Source of the DNA: Oopsacas minuta
Lineage: Eukaryota > Animalia > Porifera
Length of the DNA stretch: 64,000 bases
Reading direction: 5' to 3'
Assembly (NCBI GenBank): GCA_024704765.1
Contig: JAKMXF010000266.1
Span: forward strand, 62,001 to 126,000
The position numbers were made by a program, and so were the translations under genes. The notes beneath the pieces were generated by a model, which had not been told where the DNA came from, ran no database searches, and saw only the letters and a list, made by a program, of their open reading frames with translations. Shown piece after piece: positions 49,183 to 62,200 of this stretch; position 1 is the first letter of the stretch, and each line of letters begins with the position of its first letter.

Positions 49183-49311
49183 TGAGTATACGTACTTTGT
49201 GATGTTTTGCATATTTTGTGCTGGCATTAATATTGTTTGATTTCTGAGAAATTTGCATGAATTTTCTTCAAACATTTTGTTACTCTTATTTTATATGTAG
49301 TTAGAGTCATC

Positions 49312-52292
49312 ATGGACCTTAGTTTAGCCTTGAAACTCTACGTCACAATGATGATAGAAGACTCCAAGGATGGCATGAAGGTATTCTTAATGGATAAACA
49401 AACAACCAGTATTATTAGTATGATATTTACACAGACTGAAATGCTACAGAAAGAAGTATTTCTATTCGAGCATATTGACACCTTACATCGAGAACCTATG
49501 AAGCATTTGAAAGCAGTTTGCTTCGTACAACCTACACCAGACAATATAGTTCATTTAGAAAACGAATTGCGATCACCCAAGTACGAATCTTATTATATTT
49601 ATTTTTCTAATTCAGTCAGTGATAGTTCTGTACAGTTACTTGCTCAAGCAGATGAGAGTGAGCTAGTTCGTGAGATAAAAGAATTCTACATGGAGTATTT
49701 AGCTCTAACTCCACACCTATACTCAGTCAATTGTCCATTTTCCTCTATTCCTAGTCGTATATGGGAGCCTGATAGCTTTATAAACAGTCGTGCTGGACTC
49801 ATTTCTGTATTGCTAAGTTTAAAGAAATCTCCTGTAGTTCGTTTCCAGAATGGTTCCGAGCAGTGCGAGAGGTTGGCTCGAGAAGTAGCAAATGCTGTGA
49901 AGAGGGATGAATCCTTTCACTTTCGACAGGTTAGTTTGATTAATTGTTTTACAGAAACATGTGTCGAGTCGTAGTCTGTAGAAGCTTTGTTCTGTTATAA
50001 TAATCAATGTTAATTAATTCAAATGGAGCCTTCAATCGTTCTCATAAATTATAGCTAAGATAGTACATTGTTGATAAATCTCAACTCAAAAGTATTACCT
50101 TTTTAGAATGTCTTAATATTATACTCAGAAAGATTACTGCGAATGTTATCCAAATACTGATATTTGATTTAATTGGCTCTGATTGCTTCTCCATTCTGTG
50201 AAATATCATATCTCCCTCGCTTATCTCACTATTTTGAGTCTGTCTTAGCATTTGCTAGTTTTCCACTTCTAATTGGAAACGATGTCTTAATATACAACTA
50301 TGATAGCAAATTAATTATTCCCTGAACCGACAGATTCGCCAATACAGATACCAGTCAGGTTTCTCCTCCTTGCTCACTCAATTTAAACCATCTTACCCAT
50401 CATATAAGATATTACTCTGAGTGTTGAACACTTATTTTGCTCTATGCCACGACTGCATATAATAATCTATCTATGTCAACTAGTTTGCTTTAGATTCCTT
50501 CAATTCAGTGCTACTTGTGGAAATAATTAAGTATTCAAAATTATTGGACATCTTTCATTGCGTTTGATTTCCATCAGCTACACTTATAGTGTTTCTATTA
50601 ATTCTGAAATTCATATTTTTCTAACAGAAAGAAGCTCTTCCACTTTTGCTTATTCTGGATCGAAGAGATGACCCAATCACTCCCCTACTCAACCAATGGA
50701 CATATCAAGCAATGGTTCATGAGCTCTTGGGCATAACTAAGAACCGAGTAGATCTCTCTAAATTCCCTGATGTTCCAAAGGATCTTCATGAGATAGTGAT
50801 GTCATCTGATCAAGATGAATTCTATAGGGAGAATATGTATTGTAATTACGGGGAAATTGGTTTGAATATTAAACAACTTGTGGATCAATATCAGGTATAT
50901 TTGTGTAGGTTTTTATGGTTCACAGCTGTTTAATATTCCGCGGTTTTTAGACAAAGTTTAAAAGTCAAGCTAAAGTAGAAACAATCGCCGAAATGAAGGC
51001 TTTTGTAGAAAGCTATCCACAATTTCGTAAGCTAAGCGGTACTGTGTCAAAACATGTAGCAGTTATGGGGGAACTGTCTAAGATTGTTAAGCAGTGTAAC
51101 TTGATGGAAATATCAGAATTAGAGCAGGAAATTTGTGCGAAATCAGAACATTCAAAGCATTTACTTGCTGTTAAACAGATACTAGCTCGTAGTAGTACAA
51201 GTGAGATTGATGGATTGAGATTAGCTATGTTATATGCACTGAAGTACGAGAAGAATAGCTCAAAGGACCTACAGGTATCTATATTATTTGACAAATTATA
51301 TACACTACCTTTGATAATATTATCAAAAATACTTCAAGTTAGTATCCTAGCGTATTTTCTCAAGTGAATGCTACTTATTCAACTCTTATTTGAAGTTACA
51401 AGATAGAGTATCCATCTGTATTGGTTTCACGGTATACCCTTATATGGTTATTATCATACACGACCTGTATTATACATGAGCCATACACTTATTTTCTGAT
51501 ATGTAATCGCGTTTTATCGCTAATTACTCTTTATAAGTAAACGACGGTTATTTATTTTCAATTGATAGTTCGCTAAATTTTGATATTTCTAGAGTGTCTA
51601 ACGATATCTATATGTATACCGTTTAGCTACGTATTGTTATTTATTCGATAATTATGTCATTAGTTAAGACATAAATTTGTAATTAATTTACTTATCTATC
51701 ACCTCATATACGTATGTTTGTTATTATTCTCTACCTGATTATTAAGTTACACAATGATCTAGTTTATACGACATAATTATCTTGCTACTATCTCTAGCCA
51801 ATCGTTGAGCTTCTCACACATAACAGTGCTACTCCAGACAAAGCTAGAAGGCTCGTTTCAGCTATAACAGAGTATGGAGGATTTGAGCGTCGAACTAGTG
51901 ATCTGTTCGGTACAGCTTCTCCTCTCTCTTTTACTAAAAAACTCTTGAAAGGTTTGAGAGATGTAGAGAATATTTATACTCAACACACGCCCCTATTAAC
52001 CACAACACTAGAAACTGCATTGAAAGGGAAACTCAAAGAATCTCAATTTCCTGTAGCTACTTCACAAAGCGTAGAGCGTCCTCAAGACATCATAGTGTTC
52101 ATGGTAGGTGGAGTTACCTACGAGGAAGCTCTTGCTGTTGCTAATTTAAACAAATCGAATCAAGGTGCTGTTAGAATTATACTAGGTGGTACATATGTGC
52201 ATAATTGTAGGAGTTACCTGAAAGAGGTTTTACAAAGCACTTACGCTGGCGGTGGAGCTAAAAAGGGAGCTATGAAGAAAGATATCCCTTAA
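49312..52292 (+). CDS. VPS45: Sec1/Munc18-family protein VPS45, 4 exons (49312-49929, 50628-50894, 50951-51274, 51798-52292)
   Basis: [75 protein letters not shown]. Confidence 0.95.
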
Positions 52293-52528
52293 GCTGTTCA
52301 AAGGCAATCTATTATTTGTACATCAAGGATTGATAATATTTGTTCTTCATTTGTTTGAAATATTATTCAAAATTGCTGATTCTATAATATTAAATTAATT
52401 ACTTAAACATTCGGGTTTAATAATAACAATAAGATGCCTTCTAAAAAAATCACGGCTTGATGAAGTCATTGCATTAAAATCACATTTCTAAAAACATAGG
52501 ATTCTAACTATGAACTTGTAGCTTAGCA

Positions 52529-55500
52529 ATGGATACGTCATACGACCCCAGTTTTGCTTCTCTCATTAACTCAACCTCGAGACCAGAAGAAAGAATTAAA
52601 GACTTAGAAAGGGAATTGTTGGTAACTCGTGAGAAATTAAATGAAGAGATCGGCCGCTTAACTCGAGAGCAATGCTCGATCCGTTCTGAATTAGAACGTT
52701 CTGAAGCTGCAAGACAGAAAGTTGAGTTAGAACTGACAAAATCGAAAAGGAGAGAAGACGAAATGACCGAACAAAACAATGAATTAGAGACTGTTTCAAG
52801 AGAGACTCGTATAAACCTAGAATCAAAAGTTACTCAGCTAAGCAAACAGTGTAGGGAATGGAAAATAACGCTAGACGCAGTCCATAGAGCAAGAGTACAA
52901 GAAAAACAAGAACAAGAGGTATACATTAATTTAGCTATTCATTTTATCTTTCTTTCAGTTAATGAGGTATTGCAATTGTTACAGATATCTAACTGAATTA
53001 TACATGTAGGAATTCTCTTATCTTCTTGAGAAAACTTATGTTAGTTTTTAGCCATTCAATTATTTAAATTAACTATCAACCATTACGTGTAATACACTTT
53101 AAACTAACCTTGTAAAATGCTATAGTGGCATAGACCTTATCTATTAAATGTATTGCCAATTTTGAATAGAGCGATATTTTTATGATAAGATTTTAAGATG
53201 TTTGGAGTGTTAATTAATGTCATTATTAAATATAACTGACAAGAAGGTTATTATAAGACTTTAATTTTCTGCTAATACGCAAATATGACGCACTTGTTAT
53301 TAATTGTATTATGCTGTTGACGTCATTAGGTCTTATTAAAGCAGAAAGAAGAGAAAAATACTCATCGAACTTTTGAGTTAGATAAGTTACAACATGAACA
53401 ACGTGCTAGGGAAACTGACATATTACAATTACAGCATAATTATGAATGTCTTGAGAAAGAACTACACTCTACTAAAGATACTAACCGGAAGCTGTCTCAA
53501 CAGAATGAGTTCTTCTCTATCGCTGTTGACACAGGAAAGGAGGAAGCTATTGCATTGAGAGACGAGTTGAAGGCATTTCAACATAGTTTAGAGAATGAAC
53601 GTACTACTGCTATGGAGATTAAATGTGGTAATGAGGTTTTGACTGTCAAGGTATTTGTTAATTATAAGGGTGATGAAAATAGTAGCTATTGTGTGACTAT
53701 TTGATGTGTATATAGGTTCATGATTTGGAGAGGTTATTAGAGTCTGAGCGTGAAATTTCGCGAGATTGCAGAACTAACATGGAACATTTGCAGGAGTCTC
53801 GTAGAGGGCTTGAAAAGAAGCGAGACGAAGATATTAAGATGTGCCAAGAATTAAATGAGAAGTTAATCCGCACTGAATCGGAATTTCGTGGCCTTCAAGA
53901 TCAGCTGTTCACGAAAGAGCGTCTAATCCTAGAACTTTCTGAACAAGTTAAGCTCCACCAAGATAATTTTTCAAAGCTCAGAGATGAATTAGAGAATACT
54001 GTAATACAACAATCTGAATTACATGACGGATATTCACGTGAAATGTCTCAGATAGAGACTGTCCTACAGTCTTTTCAAAGAGGTACTATGCTGACCAACA
54101 AAAGTTCTGTATGTTGATATTTTAATTTCTATCATTAGTAACCTTGTCTATTACTAATTATCATATTAGGAACTCTCACAACAAATCAAATCCATATTAA
54201 CAAAATTCCATACAGATTCAGTAGAGAGTAAAACTGAGTTCAACCAGTTGAAAGATAGTTTTGATACCCTAAACGGTGAGTACAAATCTTATAGGGATTT
54301 GATTCAGGCAAATAATGGGACTATGAGACAGGCAGAAGAGAAACTTAGCATTCAAGATGAAGTTATTACAAAGCTGAAACGTGAAGTAGAGACTGGTGAA
54401 AAGTTGAGTCAATCTCTAAAACAAGATTTGGAAAAGATTACTCGTAAGAGAAATCATGCGAAAGAAGAGCTTGAAAAAGCGCAGAAAAACAAGCAATCAG
54501 ATTATGAATCACACTCAAGGTAACTATGTATATATTACTGCTTTTAATATTTAATTACTTTTAATATATGTAACTCTAGATATCTGCATTATCTGTATCA
54601 ATTATTGGTACATGGACATAGTTCAGCACGTGTACCGACTTATAGTGAGATCTCACCACCAGGGGAAGAGACAGCCCCATTATCCTGGAAGCAGCTAGCT
54701 ACAATGGTAGCAGAACAAACTCAAGCTAAACTGAATATAATATCAGAGTATGAAGGTAAACTGGCACAATTCGACCAGAATTCTATTGAGCATGCAGCTA
54801 AGTTCAGTCAGGTATCTTTCATTTGAATTTTATCCAATTTCTCTGTAAACTTTCATGTACGTGCTAACACAGTGTAGTTTAATTTAATATTAGCTACAGA
54901 AATATATCAGTTATGGGAATTATTTCATTCAGGTTAAAGGGTTGTACCAACAAGGCTTGGGTAAATGTGCAGAATTAGAGAAACATCTAGAATTAATAGG
55001 ACGAGAGAAGCTTAATTTAGAACAGCAGTTAGTGCACACGAAGGAGCAATCAGCTGTATCTATAAGGGAGAGAGAGGGAATGGAAGAAGAGAATAAGAAT
55101 AGGTTAAACGAACTAGAACAACGAACTATTTCTCAGGAACAAGAATTAGATAGAGCTTTTGAAGCCCTCGCAAAACGAGAACAAGAATTGACCATGTTCT
55201 TAGGTGCTCTTGCCCTCCTTACATCCACTCTAATCCCTTCTTTAAGAGCCTGTTCTGAATTAGCTATACAGAAAAAGTTCTTACACAGCGAATTCTCCAG
55301 ACTACATATCCTCAAACAACAGGTAACTTATATATTGGATTCTACATATCCTAGTTTTGATATTTTGAATCTTACATTCCATTGGATAATCGTGATTAGA
55401 GAGCATTATGGTAAAAACAATAGAGTACGAGTGTATGATAAATACTCCACAAATCCTTAATGAGTGCGTATTTTTTTGAGTATTGTATGGCTGTTTCATA

Positions 55501-58500
55501 AGTCTATATTTTCTATTGTAACTGTCTGGACTAAAGATCGGGTTAACTACTATCAATGCAACCTAGACGATTACAATTATTTCTTTTAGTTATAAGTCTA
55601 CTTGATAATTATGTTATAGTAGATGAGTTCTATCAATTCCAAGCGAGTTAATTTGGTCAATTTATGATGCTTATCAATTTTGATGGGTTCCTTATATTGT
55701 TCATTAACATAATGTCCTCTAAGTTTTTGTGCTATTTTACAACTTCTCTTACTCTGCAATTACTGATTTAACCAAAGGCCTGTGGGAAGCCATCACTTTT
55801 GCTATACTCTCATTTTCGATAAGACCGCAATGCCGACTATAACACAATTGGCAATAATTATAATCAAATCAATTCTATACAAAGGAACATTGCTTCATGA
55901 AGAAATCTGACTCATTTTACAATAAGCTATCTACCATACAATAGCTTTACTCAGTAGTTTATTTGTTTCTAATTATGTTAAACTGATTTTAGAGGGATAT
56001 ACAGCTGTCTTAAGGATTTATGTACGGCCATGAATGATCAACAACAACAACAATTTGTGAATATCATATTGCATATAACTTGATTTCTCTAGGTTTCAGA
56101 GCTAGTATCTTCCTTACAAGAAGAAGCTATTATATCTGGGATAATACCTTCCCCACACAATGCATTGGATAACCCAAATCCAAAGGCTAATTTATCTAAA
56201 TCTACTCCTAAGCGAGTACGTAAAGGCTGCATAGCTCAATCTGTATTTAGTGTACAGGACGAATTCCTTAACTCACCGGCTATGAAACTACGTAGGGGCA
56301 TTATAGTTGTAATGGCAACTAAAAGGCTATTTTATATTTATAAAGAGAAGCGGAATACAATAAAACTTTGTGTGAAAGCAGGTCCTAGTGAGTTAGGAGC
56401 TATAACTACATCCATGTCTATATCTTCTGGAGCTACAGCTGTTACTAATAAGAAATCAGATCCATTCTATGATTGGATGGTAAGGCTATATGACTAAAGT
56501 GAACTCTTGTATAACGTCCGTACACTCCTTTATAATGAGAGTTTATGTATTATTTGTCTTATATTTTCGCTATATAGACTAGTCCAGATCTTCACGAGTT
56601 GGTAGTTAGAAGTATGCTAGAAGCATACGCGTATATTCGCAGCAACCAGGAGAAAGAACATGCTACTAGATTAGGGCCAGACCGAGCCTTCGACATATCT
56701 ATTGCTCCTGCGTATCAGGCATCAAGAGGACCACACCCTGCTGAAAACTCCCTAAAATCTCTCCTAACAAATCTACAAACATTCTTTCCATTCCATCTCT
56801 CCGTACATTCACCAAATGAGAGATGGGATCATCAAGGGTGGGCTCCTGTGGGTACACGTGTATCTAATGGACCTAGTGCTCCTGATGCGAGCTTACTCTC
56901 CTTGTTAGGAGATGGACTTAATGCTCAAATCAGGAAAAATAAAAAATTTATACCTGTAGATGATATAGGCATGATGCTAGAAGCAGGTTAGTGGCTTAAT
57001 AGGAATTATGCTATGTGAATTCTCAGTATTAGTGAGTAGCTATTGATTTTTAGGATTATTGGGATTAATTTCAAGACTTAAGGAGTCTGAACTTGCAAAA
57101 GACAGACTTCACCAGAAACTGCTTAGATCCGAGGAACAAGGAAATGAACTCAAGATTGCTTGTCAACAAGCTCTTAGAATGGAGAATCAAGTAGACCAGC
57201 TTAGTCTACAACTCCAGACTCATGTCCCGAAGGAAAGTTACGAAAGTATGTCATCAGAACTGCAAGAGGTTTGTTGATGCGATAATATCATTAATCCGCC
57301 TACAGCTCATTCCACATCATTGTCTCGTATTAATAATATGAGTATAACTATCTACAAAATTATGTATCACAAATTGCATAATAGAATTGAAAAGAATACA
57401 TCAAACAATACACAAATACTTGGTGATCTGTTCATAGGCTAGGCTAGTCATGCTTTCTCAAAAAATATTTTTCCAGGCAATTGATCGTGAGCATCAAACT
57501 CAAACAGTGCTGACAACTCAATCAGAGAAGATTGAACAGTTGAAAGGCAGGCTACAGAAAAACACTTTGGAGTTACAACGGAGAGAGAATACCCTACAAG
57601 AATCCCTACAAGAATTGACCAATGTTAAACAGGATTCAGCTCGTGCGAATCAACAATCCCGTCTCTCAGATCGACAACTAACTCAGCTTCAGGACACTTG
57701 TCAGCATACTCAACTACAATTGAGAGATGCTCAGCTCGCTCTACGGACGACTGCACGAGAGAGAGAAATTCTTGTGAAATATCTACGTAGAGCAAATCAT
57801 ATTTTTATAGAAGCGAAATCAAAGCTACATCTATCTGCCCACACAAATGCACCATTAGAGCTTGAACGTATGATGTCACCTAGTACTGAACTACTCAACA
57901 GTATGGAAGAGCATAACAACTTTCCACAATTAGATTCGTGTATGGTAACGGTGAGTGTTAGCATGTAGACTTTAGGAATTAATTAATTAATTAATAGAAC
58001 GCAAATAGCATACGTAACATCAGAGATATCTTCCATTGTATAAGACATTACCACAAAATATTGGCTTGAACACTGTATAATAATCCTTGTAGGTTAAGAC
58101 TTTTCTGGAGTTCTACCAATATTCACTAGGCCGTATCAGCTTCCTACACTCACAACTAATTCAGACTCAATCACATGCTACTGCTCTCAAACATGAAGTA
58201 GACGCTGCAACACGTAGACAGCTGACTGAAGCTGCTATTAGCATTGATAACCCAAGTAGACACTCAAGGCAATATTCTCCACTACCAGAAATCGCAATTA
58301 CTCGCACTTCCCCGATGAAATCAAGCCCAAAGTTAGACCATGGCGGTCATTCTAGGCTATATTTAGACACATTAAATAACGAGCTACGTCCAGACTCTCA
58401 GTTTACAGACACCCTATCTTTTGCACCTCTCCAAGGTACTCCTATTAACGTATCTTACAGGAGTGACACTCATCTGTCATCTGACACATATTTTCGCCCC

Positions 58501-58590
58501 ATCCCCCTTTCTCCAACTCCCTCTGAACAAGGTCAGCAATTAGGCCAGCGTATTGCTCAGAGCCTCGAGGGGTATAATCTATCCACCTGA
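52529..58590 (+). CDS. CCDC171: CCDC171-like long coiled-coil protein, multi-exon
   Basis: Coiled-coil exons plus YLHYLYQLLV, LSWKQLATMV, LIPSLRACSELAIQKKFL and MKLRRGIIVVMATKRL matching recalled CCDC171 segments. Confidence 0.75.
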
Positions 58591-59246
58591 ACACTTTCTT
58601 CCTCAACAAATTTTAATCCATTTTGCTTTGTATTTGCTCACTAATACTCTTGTATTCTCACTGTTTCAAACCTCTTACCTTTTAGGTTCGTTATACTATG
58701 CTCTTTCTATATATATATATGTATTTAGTTCTATCTAAACATGGAAAAGTCAAAACAAATTTGCACGAATTACTTTATCTCATAAACTAATAATCATGCT
58801 ATGATTTTCCTATCCCATAATGATAAAGTGTTCACTCCATCCCCACTGATGTTAATAATGATGTACACAGTATTATGGTGACATAGATTGATACTTAAGG
58901 AGAACAAGGTAGGATTGCAATGTCATCAACTACTAGAAATATGATTCTAACCAATTATATATGAATTAATGTAATTCTAACAAATAGACATCATTTGCAT
59001 TTCCCCCAAAATTGGATTACATTCTGTTAATACGTATCTACCTATGACAAGTGGTTTCCTAATCATATGAAATTAGAAATACACAAATACTTGGTTGTTA
59101 TCTTCTACGTGTCCATTTCAAATGTGGTTGTGATAATGTCTAGCTCTTTCTTCCTCGAGTTTCAGTACTTTGATGTTAGATTACTTTATATTCCCAAACA
59201 TAGAGTTTACATTAATTGTTAAAACCCAATTAGCCAATTAATTTTG

Positions 59247-62200
59247 ATGTCAAAAAGTCGCAACTTAAGATCCTACTTCACAGAATGGGACAGGGGTCTT
59301 GTTAAGACCCGAGGTGAAATTCTATCAAATTTTATACATGAATCTAAAGGCATGACAGCTCCAGAGTTAGAACAAAAGTTTAAATTAGGAGCTAGTCTCT
59401 TTCTAGCAAGAATTACATCTTGGCTGAGGCTGTCTTATCTATCAGATAGATCTCACTTATCACTTCAACTCAAATCAATTGCTATATTTGTAAGCACTGC
59501 TAATGGCACTAGGTTAGTATATCATTTTATCCTTATTTTGCATTGATTCCTCTATGTTTACAAGATGTATAATTATGTTAGTGATAAATGTATTGAAAGG
59601 TCACTTTCTTACACAATTCTATTTCGCATAATCGTTCTATTTGTAATCCAATGATCTTCTCCTTAACGAATCCCATCCATTTTCTTGTTAACAATTCTTC
59701 CAATTTGTGTTTGCTTAGTACATCAGTATTCTATAAATTATTACAGAGTTTTGATGGCTAATTTTACGTAGATTATTTCTGTTTTATTCTAGTTAAGATA
59801 ACTATTAACAAATTGCTTGTATTTTGACGGAATTCTTCTATCTCTTAACTAATTTATAATTTTAATATCCTTTCTTAATGTCTACTTAACTTTGTTAGAG
59901 TGATCCGCAATTTTACAATATTTATTTCTTTAATTCTACCTCTAAATTAGCTTGGCCTTATGGCAAGTTCTGCTGAGTCAGATATTACTAAAATTGATCT
60001 AAATCAGGATAACCAAATTCCTGTCTTCCAAAGGTCCACTTCTAACAATCCGATGTCATTCTATGAAGCATTAGTTGACAGATATTTAAACGCACATGAG
60101 TATCAAGTACCATCTTTTGTGCATTTTCAAATTCCACCCATTGATTACGAGAGTGACGGTTGCAAACTTGGAAAACTTAGAACTTTGGTACTTGACAAGA
60201 AGAATATCTACAAAGCTGGTATTCCAGATGGAGGCTTATCCAAACTCTGTCCGAACATAACTCTGATACATCTATCAAGGAATCCCTTAAAGAGTTGGTC
60301 TGTGATTGAATCGATTTTACGGGAATTTCCTCTTCTAGAAGAGTGTAATCTACATAGGACATGCTTCACTATTAGCCCAGAAGACCTCTCAGCTATCTCA
60401 CCTACTATAATATGTCCAAAATTACATACTTTAAACCTAGCTCATACCAATATAGGCTGGTCGGAGATCCAACACATTGCTCTACAATGCCCAAACTTAA
60501 GAGATCTAGAATTGGTTGGTAACAGCCTCGAGAGCATTTCTACAAAAGCTCTTGACTGCTTACCTAATATAGAGTGTTTAAATCTATCTCTTAACAAAAT
60601 ACACTCTTGGGAAGAGGTCACTAAATTGGGTAAATTACCAAAACTAGAAATCTTACATCTGTCTAACAATCCGATCAGTTTCCAAAACTACTGTACACAT
60701 CCATCTATTGCTTGTAATACAACCTCAGTTGAGACGATACCCACAGAAATTGAATTTCAACAACAAGACAGTACAAATAATGAAACTGTAGAACCCCCAC
60801 AAATACCTCTATTCCCTTCTCTTTTAACTTTATCACTAGCTGAGGTAAATCTATGTAAATGGCAAGAATTGGATATTCTAGCTGCACTACCTGTTTTGAA
60901 GAATATTAGATTAAAAGACCTTCCTCTTGCCAGTGATATCTCCCAGGAAGATAGACGTAAAATTTTCCTATCTTGGTTCCCAAATATTGTTAAACTAAAC
61001 GGGAGCACTTCCGATGTGAATGAACGAATAAAATCTGAACGATTCACTCTTCGATATTTCTACTCTCTAGAGTACAAACCATTATTTCTACCACGTCTTA
61101 TTAAAAAGTATGGTGACTTAAAGCCCCTTATAGATATAGACTTATCATTTGGATATAAGGAGATTATTGAGGTGGAGTTTATGTATAAATCAAAGTTATG
61201 GCGTCGCGAAAAGATCACTGTAAAACAGACAGTTAAAGATTTAATATTTTGGCTGAAGAAAGAACTCAATGTTCCTAAGAACTCATTCACTGTATATCAT
61301 CTCCCCGAGTCAGCTGATAGAAATAGCTTCACTGACATGGTGGAGCTCTACATGTCGTCACTACCTTTGAGTAGATTTGACATACACGAAGGAGATCAGA
61401 TAATAATTACATAAGCATGTTATGATGCTAACTATTAACTCTATCTTAAGTTTAGGCTTGACTTATGAGTTTTGTTATGTTAATTATTATTTTCAATTTT
61501 ATTTTTGTTGATTTTCTATACATTTTTGATAGATTTGTTAGCTGTAAGGATGGCACAGTACTATTTTTCAATGGGACTAGTAGATGATAATTTCACTACT
61601 GCGTTTATTAATCTTAATAGACTTGAAGTTGACAGCTTTTCAGAATTCTTAGAGTTAATCTTAGTTTTCCTTTCAAGCCCGAAAGAAGCTCAACAATTTA
61701 TTTCCAAACTAGAGAAATACGCGGGCAGTCTTAACATTCCGTTTTCAGCTATACAGTTGATAGCCAAAGCGGTACTGTTATTTTTCCGTGGCTGTCTGCA
61801 GAAATCTCTCTCAATCACACAAATAGCTGAAGATCTCTCCAACTTAGGTCTGAATGAAGATAAAACACGTCGCTTAACACAAAACTGGAGTCATTCTTTC
61901 GGAATTATTTCTAATGTCAACCAACAGCGAGTATTGACAATCCACCAATTGACTGACTTAGAATGGAGATTTGGTGTAACAACAGGGAATTCACTTGCTA
62001 GCAGAGTTGGAAAGATCTTCCTACAAATGAAATTTAAAATATTCACAGGCGAGATTATTAGCATTGAAATGAGTATAGAGCAGTTCTACTCATTTCTCCA
62101 CGAAATGGAGAAAGCGAGAGCTAGTATTGAATATCTAATCTAGCATATACGTATTATCTATGTATTTGATTGATATAATGTATAAAGTGTTGTTAAATTC

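Noticed and set aside
52510-52521. Three-codon uORF upstream of CCDC171
   Set aside because: Its TAG doubles as an acceptor-like site, so it may not be in the mature mRNA; too short to assess.
24361-53325. Several full TGACGTCA palindromes (24361, 24918 region, 27810 region, 38878 region, 41870, 53318)
   Set aside because: Most lie inside coding sequence or at a splice acceptor, so no regulatory role can be supported.
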